Below, one piece after another: positions 8,322 through 15,923 of a stretch of 26,754 nucleotides of DNA. The first letter of the stretch is position 1, and every line of letters begins with the position of its first letter. The translations under genes were made by a program, and so were the position numbers. The stretch comes from a virus (Duplodnaviria > Caudoviricetes). The notes beneath the pieces are model-generated. The model was not told the DNA's origin. It saw nothing but the letters and a program-made list of their open reading frames with translations, and ran no database searches. The stretch spans positions 1 to 26,754 of the IMG/VR virus record IMGVR_UViG_3300027906_000125; one strand, given 5' to 3'.

Positions 8322-8819
8322 ATGGCAATATCAAACTTTCCTCAAAATCAAGCTGGCTTCGCTATTGATGTAATTCCTAGCGATACAGTTAACATACCTC
8401 AACCTTATTTAAAAGCATCTGGTGCAAACACTTCTTTTTTAGGTTCTACTTTAATAGACGGTGGTGCAAAGTTCGAAGGAGTTGGTACAACTATACCAGC
8501 TGTACAAGAAGGAGATGTGGTATATAACAACACAACTGGAAATGTCGCTACTGTAGTAGATGTAGATAGTGATATTCAATTAACTTTAAGTGCTACAATA
8601 TTTACTGCTACTCCAGAAAACTATACTATATTTCAAGGTAATCCAAAATCTAATTCTTTCTTATTATACATAGGAACAGGAGGAGATGTAAGTATTCAAA
8701 CTTCTGCAGAGCAACCAGTAGTATTAAAAAACGTAGGTGACGCATCTTTTATTCCTATTAATGTAGGAAGAGTAAATGCATCTGGTACTACAGCAACCGA
8801 TATAATAGCTCTACTCTAA
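8322..8819 (+). CDS. Head spike base protein (RcGTA Rcc01079-like) with an inserted domain
   Basis: AIDVIPSD..LYIGTGGDV..VVLKNV..FIPINVGRVNASGTTATDIIAL matches the recalled family pattern. About 80 extra residues lie between the two halves. Confidence 0.7.
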   Translation: MAISNFPQNQAGFAIDVIPSDTVNIPQPYLKASGANTSFLGSTLIDGGAKFEGVGTTIPAVQEGDVVYNNTTGNVATVVDVDSDIQLTLSATIFTATPENYTIFQGNPKSNSFLLYIGTGGDVSIQTSAEQPVVLKNVGDASFIPINVGRVNASGTTATDIIALL

Positions 8820-8974
8820 TGGCACCAACAATTTTAGGAAGTGCTAATGCAAATTTAGCTATACCTGTAAATAACGCTTTTCTTCCACCACCAATAACCA
8901 ACTTTATAATATTAGAGAATGGTGTTGACTTAATGGAAACTGAAGCAGGTGGTGATTTAATGATTAGAGAATAA
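8819..8974 (+). CDS. 51-aa acidic peptide, candidate spike adaptor, not in ORF track
   Basis: MAPTILGSANANLAIPVNNAFLPPPITNFIILENGVDLMETEAGGDLMIRE. TAATG-coupled to the spike base gene and fills the gap to 8989. Confidence 0.8.
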   Translation: MAPTILGSANANLAIPVNNAFLPPPITNFIILENGVDLMETEAGGDLMIRE

Positions 8975-8988
8975 ATAAAAAAAAACAA

Positions 8989-11343
8989 ATGGCAAATATA
9001 AAATTTTCAGCTTTTACAATTGAAACTAATCCCACGTTAGTAGAATATGTTGTAGGTTATCAGGGAGGAGTAAATGTAAAAATTACTCCAGCTGATCTAG
9101 CCACAGCTGGTGGAACAGGATTAACCGAATATATACCTCGTTGGACGAATGGACCAGGTGGTATATTAGGTGATTCAATAATGGTACAACAAGCAGCTGC
9201 TGGAGTTTTCTCTAGTGATTATATAGAAGTTTCTGGACTAGGTGGTTTATCTACTCAGAACTTAGAAATAAATAATGATCTTTATGATGGAAGTGCTGCT
9301 GCCGGTAATGCTGGAGATATATTAAGTAGCTTAGGCGCAGGAAATGGAGTAGAATGGGTTACTCCAGGAACTGGTATAAACCTAGTTACAGATATTTCAA
9401 CCGCAGTTGGTGTATCTACAGGAGATCCTATAACCACTTTAACAAACGCTACAGGTTCGGTTACTATAACACTTAATGAATATGCGGGTACAACTAATGA
9501 AGGTTATGTACCAAGCGGAGGTAGTGTATCTACTTACTTAGATGGAAGTGGCGCATGGTCTACTCCACCAGGTGTAATACCTTGGCCTTATACTTATGAT
9601 GTAGCAAATAATGTATTTTTACAAGGTGAATCTCCAAATCCAGTAGGTGCTAACAATACTAGCTTAGGTGTAGGTGCAGGAGTAAATATGACAGCTTTAG
9701 CGACTAATAATACTTTAATAGGTAGTGGCGCTGGTAAAAGTATTACTGATGGATTTGCTTTAACTTTAATAGGAGTTGACGCTGGAAGCAGTTTTACAAC
9801 TGGAGGCGCTCACACTGCTATCGGTTTTGAAGCTCTTTCAACTGAAGGCAGTGAACAGGGTAATAGTACAGCCGTAGGTCATCAAGCTTTAAAAAATCAA
9901 GACGGAGTTGGTATAACAATATTTAATACAGCTGTTGGTGGTAATGCAGGAGATCTTATTACTACTGGAAATACTAATACTTTGGTAGGATATAAGGCTG
10001 GTTTTCCATTAACAACTGGTAGTGAAAATATTGCTGTTGGAGCTAATGCTAGACTTCTTAATAACAATGATGATAACTCTATAGTTATAGGTAAAGACGC
10101 TACTGGACATGGTTCAAATATAGTTGTTATAGGTAATGATGATACTACAGCTTGGCATCCTCATTATGATAATGGTGTAGATTTAGGTTCTTCTGTTTAT
10201 TCTTTCAAAGATGCTTACATTGAAGGTGTTTATTATGATACAGCTGGTAATGCTGGTGGTGCTGGAGAAGTTTTAAGTTCTACAGTAACAGGAACTTCTT
10301 GGGTTCCTACAGGAAGTGTAACCAGTGTTGCTTTAACAATGCCCGCTGCATTTAGTGTAGCAGGTTCTCCAATAACAGGAGCAGGAACTTTTGCAGTAAC
10401 TGGTGCTGGTGCAGCAACAGATTATATAGATGGAACCGGAGCTTTACAAACTAGATGGACTGGTACTACAGATCAATATTATCGTGGTGATGGTACATTA
10501 GCTACATTCACACAGAGTTGGAATCCTCCAGCAATAATATTAGCTGATACTTTAGCTTTCTGGAATGCTAGTCAACAATTAGATAGCAGTAATGAATTAA
10601 CGTTTACAACTAATGGTAGTACCAACTCTAAACCAACAATTGGTATGGGATTATTTGGAGCTGCTAATAGTAAAGGAGCTTTTGAATTAAATACTTGGAT
10701 AGATTACAATGGTAGTCCATTTGATTACTTCTTATATACAGGAGCAGGTGGTCCTTTCCAAAATTTTGCAGGAGTAGGAGTATTTGCAATTAGTATACAT
10801 ACAGCAGGTAGAGTAATGTCATCAGGTGTACATGTATTCTCTGATGAAAGAATTAAAAAAGATATATCAGTAAGTAATTCTAAAGAAGATTTAGAGACTA
10901 TATCTAAAATTGAAGTATCAGATTATAAATATATCGATCCAGTAAAAGGTACTGGTGATCACAAAAAGGTAATTGCTCAACAAGTAGAAGAGCATTATCC
11001 AATGGCTGTGAAAGAAGGTACAGAAATAATACCTGATGTATTTAAACAAACTACAATTAAAAACGGTGTTATTGATTTAGCATTTGATTGTAAAGTAGGA
11101 GATAAGGTAAAACTTATTTATCCTGGAAATGATGAAGAGATAGTTGGTGTTGTTGAGGTAAATGAAGATAATGTAAAAGTTGCTTCAGATAAAACTAGCG
11201 ATGTAGTTGTATATGGTAAAGAAGTTGATGACTACAAAACTGTAGATTATGATGCTTTAGCTATGCTTAATATATCAGCAACTCAAGAACTATATAAGAT
11301 TATAAAAGAACTTAAGAAAGAAATAGAGTTATTAAAAAAATAA
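8989..11343 (+). CDS. Trimeric fibre with YadA-like head repeats and C-terminal intramolecular chaperone (peptidase S74)
   Basis: NTxxGxxA repeats (NTSLGVGAG, NTLIGSGAG, NTAVGGNAG, NTLVGYKAG). SDERIKKDI at 10840, then VDY motif and terminal coiled coil. Confidence 0.85.
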   Translation: MANIKFSAFTIETNPTLVEYVVGYQGGVNVKITPADLATAGGTGLTEYIPRWTNGPGGILGDSIMVQQAAAGVFSSDYIEVSGLGGLSTQNLEINNDLYDGSAAAGNAGDILSSLGAGNGVEWVTPGTGINLVTDISTAVGVSTGDPITTLTNATGSVTITLNEYAGTTNEGYVPSGGSVSTYLDGSGAWSTPPGVIPWPYTYDVANNVFLQGESPNPVGANNTSLGVGAGVNMTALATNNTLIGSGAGKSITDGFALTLIGVDAGSSFTTGGAHTAIGFEALSTEGSEQGNSTAVGHQALKNQDGVGITIFNTAVGGNAGDLITTGNTNTLVGYKAGFPLTTGSENIAVGANARLLNNNDDNSIVIGKDATGHGSNIVVIGNDDTTAWHPHYDNGVDLGSSVYSFKDAYIEGVYYDTAGNAGGAGEVLSSTVTGTSWVPTGSVTSVALTMPAAFSVAGSPITGAGTFAVTGAGAATDYIDGTGALQTRWTGTTDQYYRGDGTLATFTQSWNPPAIILADTLAFWNASQQLDSSNELTFTTNGSTNSKPTIGMGLFGAANSKGAFELNTWIDYNGSPFDYFLYTGAGGPFQNFAGVGVFAISIHTAGRVMSSGVHVFSDERIKKDISVSNSKEDLETISKIEVSDYKYIDPVKGTGDHKKVIAQQVEEHYPMAVKEGTEIIPDVFKQTTIKNGVIDLAFDCKVGDKVKLIYPGNDEEIVGVVEVNEDNVKVASDKTSDVVVYGKEVDDYKTVDYDALAMLNISATQELYKIIKELKKEIELLKK

Positions 11344-11365
11344 TTAACAATTAAAAACAACAATT

Positions 11366-11623
11366 ATGTCAGATAGACAATACACAGGTAATCACCCTAG
11401 ATGGGGTATGATTCGTGAAAGAGAATTAATTCATGACGCTAAAAGAAAAATTCATGAAATGGACAAATCTCTAAAATCATGGGATGACTCTGCAGCTCGC
11501 CAAGAAGGTGACGTAGTAGATACTCCAGATGTTGATCAAGTTAAAGGCGCTAAAGCTAAAAGAGAAATTGGTCAAATGAGAGATGGTGGACCAGTTGGTG
11601 AAAGAGCTACTACTAAAGGATAA
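11366..11623 (+). CDS. Hypothetical charged protein
   Basis: 85-aa ORF with A-rich leader. No domain recognised. Confidence 0.65.
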   Translation: MSDRQYTGNHPRWGMIRERELIHDAKRKIHEMDKSLKSWDDSAARQEGDVVDTPDVDQVKGAKAKREIGQMRDGGPVGERATTKG

Positions 11624-11634
11624 CACTTAAGTAG

Positions 11635-11952
11635 ATGGCTTTTAAAATAAAACCACCTTACGAGATAGATACAACACCAGTATATAGGAGAGAAATGGAA
11701 GACCCTACAGTTCACGGGGTTACACTAAATACTGGTTGTATTGTATTAAATGATAAACTTCCTATAGAAAAGGAAGAAAATACTATTAGTCATGAAAAAG
11801 TACATACTGATCAAATATTGAGAGGTGACTTATCTTATGATGATGATTATGTTTGGTGGAAAGGAAAAAGATATACTCGTTCTCAAATGAAAGAAGGAGC
11901 AAAGAATTTACCATGGGAAAAAGAAGCTTATGCCAAAGAAAAAAAGGTTTAG
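11635..11952 (+). CDS. Small zincin-type metallopeptidase
   Basis: HEKVH (HExxH) at 11791-11805 and a downstream PWEKEAY helix supplying a likely third ligand. Confidence 0.7.
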   Translation: MAFKIKPPYEIDTTPVYRREMEDPTVHGVTLNTGCIVLNDKLPIEKEENTISHEKVHTDQILRGDLSYDDDYVWWKGKRYTRSQMKEGAKNLPWEKEAYAKEKKV

Positions 11953-12388
11953 TGAAACGAAAGTAGGTCAGTTCCTAGCTGGAGCTGCACCTGGTATATT
12001 AGGTACGGTAGGTGATGTATTACCAGATAATGGAGTGTTTGGGGTTGTTAAAAACCTTATCTCTAAAGAAGAATCATTACCACCAGAAGATAAAGAAAAA
12101 GCTATGAAGCTTTTAGAAATGGATATTGTTGAAATGCAAGAGGTATCAAAACGTTGGCAAAGTGATATGAAGTCAGATTCATGGCTTTCTAAGAACACCA
12201 GACCAATGACTCTTATATTTTTAACAATAGCTTTAGTATTATTTATATTATTAGATGGGTTTGATATCAGTTTTGGTATTGAGATGGGGTGGATAGATTT
12301 ACTTAAATCTCTATTAATAACTGTATATGTAGCCTATTTTGGTTCCCGAGGAGCGGAAAAATTCAAAAGTATAGGTAATAATAAATAG
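11930..12388 (+). CDS. Holin-like membrane protein (GTA 3TM holin type)
   Basis: RWQSDMKSDSWLSKNTRP followed by hydrophobic helices and AYFGSRGAEK. Confidence 0.7.
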   Translation: MPKKKRFSETKVGQFLAGAAPGILGTVGDVLPDNGVFGVVKNLISKEESLPPEDKEKAMKLLEMDIVEMQEVSKRWQSDMKSDSWLSKNTRPMTLIFLTIALVLFILLDGFDISFGIEMGWIDLLKSLLITVYVAYFGSRGAEKFKSIGNNK

Positions 12389-12421
12389 TAAACTATTATT
12401 AAAATTAAATAAAATTAAATT

Positions 12422-12682
12422 ATGAGTGAAGAAATTAAAAAAATTACTGAAGAAGAATTAACAAGAATTCAAGAAAACCAATCTAACATGGCTACATTAA
12501 TTAGTCAAATTGGTGCATTAGAAGCCCAAAAGCAAGATGTTTTAAATCAAGTTCCAGAAGTTAAAAAAACAATGGAATCACTTAAACAAGAGCTAGAAAA
12601 AGCATACGGGCCAATCAATATTAATGTTAGCGATGGAACATATACTGAGATTCCAGTAGAAAACTTAAAAAAAGTTGACTAA
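12422..12682 (+). CDS. Small coiled-coil protein, possible assembly chaperone
   Basis: 86 aa, heptad-rich acidic helix ending in YGPININVSDGTY hairpin. Function is a guess. Confidence 0.6.
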   Translation: MSEEIKKITEEELTRIQENQSNMATLISQIGALEAQKQDVLNQVPEVKKTMESLKQELEKAYGPININVSDGTYTEIPVENLKKVD

Positions 12683-12909
12683 TGGATTCGAATATAAGAA
12701 AAATCAGTATTGGCGCTGACTATAAGAACGATGCTATGCACTATTCTTTAGGTCAACAGGTTTATGGTGGACATGAAATATCTTGTATATTATTAGATGA
12801 TACTGACAGTTCTTATAATATTTTTATTAAAAAGAATGATGAGGTATTGCCGTGGAAGAAGTTTAATTCTAACATGGCTATATCCGTTGAGTATGATTTA
12901 GAATATTAA
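12682..12909 (+). CDS. Small beta-rich hypothetical protein
   Basis: 75 aa, TAATG-coupled on both sides. Confidence 0.75.
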   Translation: MDSNIRKISIGADYKNDAMHYSLGQQVYGGHEISCILLDDTDSSYNIFIKKNDEVLPWKKFNSNMAISVEYDLEY

Positions 12910-13508
12910 TGAGAAGTATTGAAAATTTTATTATTACACCTCTTACTGAAAGATATGAAAATGAAATAAGAGTTGGTAAGAAGAAGTTAATAGTAAACGC
13001 TTCAATCGAAGAGTTTGAGTTTATAAGTAGGTTTGCAAAAGTTGTTGCAGTGCCAACAGCCTACCAAACCAATATAAACGTTGGAGATATAGTAGTGGTA
13101 CATCACAATATCTTTAGAAGATGGTATGACCAAAGTGGTTTAGAAAGAAACTCTGCATCATACTTCAATGAAGAACTATATTTCGCAGCACCAGATCAAA
13201 TTTATCTATTTAATCAAAATGATGAATGGAAAACATTTGGTGAATATTGTTTTATAAAACCACTAAAAGACAGAGATCTTACTGGTGTTATAAAATTCAA
13301 TAACAATCAATTAAAAGAAAAAGGTTTAAAACAAGGAGATATTATAGGATATCCACCTGGTAGAGAATGGAGATTTTTAATTGATGAAGAATTATTATAT
13401 TGTATGAAATCTAAAAATATCTCTGTTAAGTATGAAAACCAAGGAAACGAAATTGAATATAATCCACGCTGGGCAAAAGGCGGTGGAAGAATTAATAAAG
13501 GTTGCTAA
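12909..13508 (+). CDS. Tandem GroES-like protein
   Basis: Two GroES-like halves: NFIITP..AKVVAVP..INVGDIVVV..EELYF..DQIY and YCFIKP..GVIKF..LKQGDIIGY..IDEELLYCMKSKNI. Confidence 0.65.
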   Translation: MRSIENFIITPLTERYENEIRVGKKKLIVNASIEEFEFISRFAKVVAVPTAYQTNINVGDIVVVHHNIFRRWYDQSGLERNSASYFNEELYFAAPDQIYLFNQNDEWKTFGEYCFIKPLKDRDLTGVIKFNNNQLKEKGLKQGDIIGYPPGREWRFLIDEELLYCMKSKNISVKYENQGNEIEYNPRWAKGGGRINKGC

Positions 13509-13704
13509 AGAACCTATTGTAGATTCCAATGATGATATATCTGCAGATAGATTAAAAAATGCTGCTGCTACAAAAAAACTAGCTATATTCGATGCCTTTG
13601 AAATACTTAATCGTATACAGGAAGAGAAAGATATGTTAGAAGCTAAACCAAAAGAAGTTAAAGAAAAAACTTTTAAAGGGTTTGCAGAAAGGAGATCTAA
13701 ATAA
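13432..13704 (+). CDS. Helical protein, candidate terminase small subunit
   Basis: 90 aa, all-helical pattern, TAATG-coupled to terL. Assignment is by position only. Confidence 0.5.
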   Translation: MKTKETKLNIIHAGQKAVEELIKVAKEPIVDSNDDISADRLKNAAATKKLAIFDAFEILNRIQEEKDMLEAKPKEVKEKTFKGFAERRSK

Positions 13705-15923
13705 TGTATCAACAAACTTTATACAAGATAATAGATGATCATATAAATCCTAAAGTAATTAAAAGATTAAATAAATCTAAAAAATGGCAATATGGTTACA
13801 ACAAAGAATATGATGTAGTTGTAATTAGTAAAGATGGTACTATAGGAGAAATATATGAAATACAGAACTTAAGAATAGCTTTGCCTAAACCAAAAGATGT
13901 TTGCGAGTTCAAAACAAATAAATGGGAAAAAGTTGAATATCCTAAACAGTTAAGTAAAATAAAAACTGTATTTGATTTTAAACAATACCCAGAAGATTTT
14001 AAAGAACAATGGTACGATTACATTGATAATGAGTTTAATCGTAGAGATTCAGGGTTTTGGTTTTATAATAATAATATACCAACATATGTCACTGGAACTC
14101 ATTACATGTATTTACAATGGTCTAAAATAGACGTTGGTGCACCAGATTTTAGAGAATCAAATAGATTATTTTTTATTTTTTGGGAAGCTTGTAAAGCTGA
14201 TTCTAGATGTTTCGGAATGTGTTATCTTAAAAATAGACGTTCTGGATTTTCTTTTATGGCATCAGGAGAGGTTGTAAATTTAGCTACTATATCTAGTGAT
14301 TCACGTTACGGAATATTATCCAAATCTGGACCTGACGCAAAAAGTATGTTCACAGACAAAGTAGTTCCTATATCAGTTAACTATCCTTTCTTTTTTAAAC
14401 CTACTCAAGATGGTATGGATCGTCCTAAAACCGAACTAGCTTATCGTGTACCTGCTAGTAAATTTACACGACGTAAAATAGCTGCTGGTCCTGATGAATC
14501 TTTAGATGATTTAAAAGGATTAGATACTACAATAGATTGGAAAAATACAGGAGATAATAGTTATGATGGTGAAAAACTAAAACTATTAGTTCATGATGAA
14601 AGTGGTAAGTGGGAAAGACCTAATAATATATTAAACAATTGGAGAGTTACCAAAACAACATTAAGACTAGGTAGTAAAATAGTGGGAAAATGTATGATGG
14701 GATCAACATCTAATGCGTTAGATAAAGGTGGTGATAACTTTAAAAAATTATACTATGATTCAGATGTTACTAAAAGAAACGCCAATGGACAGACTCGCTC
14801 GGGATTATATAATTTGTTCATACCTATGGAATGGAACTACGAAGGATACATTGATTCTAATGGCTTACCTGTCTTCGACACTCCAAAAACAAAACGGTAT
14901 GGGCCCGATGGTTATGAAATAACGTTAGGTGTTATTGATTATTGGCAGAATGAAGTTGATGGTTTAAAAGGTGATCAAGATGCTTTAAACGAATACTACA
15001 GACAGTTTCCTCGTACAGAGAAACATGCTTTTAGAGATGAAACAAAAGCGTCATTATTCAACCTTACTAAGTTATACCAACAAATAGATTACAATGAAGA
15101 AGTTTTAGGAATGAGTCCTTTAATTACAAAAGGTAATTTTCAATGGGAAAATGGTATAAAAGATACACAAGTTATTTTTTCACCTAGCAAAGATGGTAGG
15201 TTTAATATTTCTTGGGTTCCTAATAGGGAACAACAAAATAAAGTCATACTAAAAAATAATTCAAAATATCCTGGTAATGAACACATGGGTGCTTTTGGTT
15301 GTGATAGTTATGACATATCAGGAACAGTAGATAGTAGAGGTTCTAAAGGTGCTTTGCATGGACTTACTAAGTTTAGCATGGAAGATTCACCAGCTAATCA
15401 TTTCTTTTTAGAATATATAGCTAGACCTCAAACAGCAGATATATTTTTCGAAGATGTATTAATGGCTTTAGTTTTTTATGGAATGCCTTTATTAGCGGAA
15501 AATAATAAACCCCGATTACTCTACTATTTAAAACGTAGAGGTTATAGAGGTTATTCTATGAACAGACCTGATAAAGTTTGGAATAAATTATCTACAACAG
15601 AAAAAGAAGTGGGTGGTATACCGAACTCTAGTGAAGATATAAAGCAAGCTCATGCCGCAGCAATTGAAATGTATATTGAAAACTATGTAGGATATAATAA
15701 TGAGAGTTATGGAGATCTGTATTTTCAAAGGACGTTAGAAGATTGGGCTAAATTTAATATAAACAATAGAACTAAATTTGATGCTGCTATTAGTTCTGGA
15801 TTAGCTATAATGGCTTGTAATAAAAATAAGTATAAACCAGTTGCGGATTTTAAAAGGGAAGTTGTTCCTTTAGGTTTTAAAAGATACAAAAACGAGGGTT
15901 ATAACTCAAAAATCATACAATAA
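13704..15923 (+). CDS. terL: Terminase large subunit
   Basis: Walker A-like KNRRSGFS, Walker B LLVHDE, coupling motif GSTSN, nuclease GCDSYD and FDAAISSG. Confidence 0.92.
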   Translation: MYQQTLYKIIDDHINPKVIKRLNKSKKWQYGYNKEYDVVVISKDGTIGEIYEIQNLRIALPKPKDVCEFKTNKWEKVEYPKQLSKIKTVFDFKQYPEDFKEQWYDYIDNEFNRRDSGFWFYNNNIPTYVTGTHYMYLQWSKIDVGAPDFRESNRLFFIFWEACKADSRCFGMCYLKNRRSGFSFMASGEVVNLATISSDSRYGILSKSGPDAKSMFTDKVVPISVNYPFFFKPTQDGMDRPKTELAYRVPASKFTRRKIAAGPDESLDDLKGLDTTIDWKNTGDNSYDGEKLKLLVHDESGKWERPNNILNNWRVTKTTLRLGSKIVGKCMMGSTSNALDKGGDNFKKLYYDSDVTKRNANGQTRSGLYNLFIPMEWNYEGYIDSNGLPVFDTPKTKRYGPDGYEITLGVIDYWQNEVDGLKGDQDALNEYYRQFPRTEKHAFRDETKASLFNLTKLYQQIDYNEEVLGMSPLITKGNFQWENGIKDTQVIFSPSKDGRFNISWVPNREQQNKVILKNNSKYPGNEHMGAFGCDSYDISGTVDSRGSKGALHGLTKFSMEDSPANHFFLEYIARPQTADIFFEDVLMALVFYGMPLLAENNKPRLLYYLKRRGYRGYSMNRPDKVWNKLSTTEKEVGGIPNSSEDIKQAHAAAIEMYIENYVGYNNESYGDLYFQRTLEDWAKFNINNRTKFDAAISSGLAIMACNKNKYKPVADFKREVVPLGFKRYKNEGYNSKIIQ

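Noticed and set aside
8972-8991. A-run between the 51-aa ORF and the fibre as a programmed frameshift or readthrough
   Set aside because: The run lies after the TAA, the two ORFs are out of frame, and similar A-rich leaders precede many genes here.
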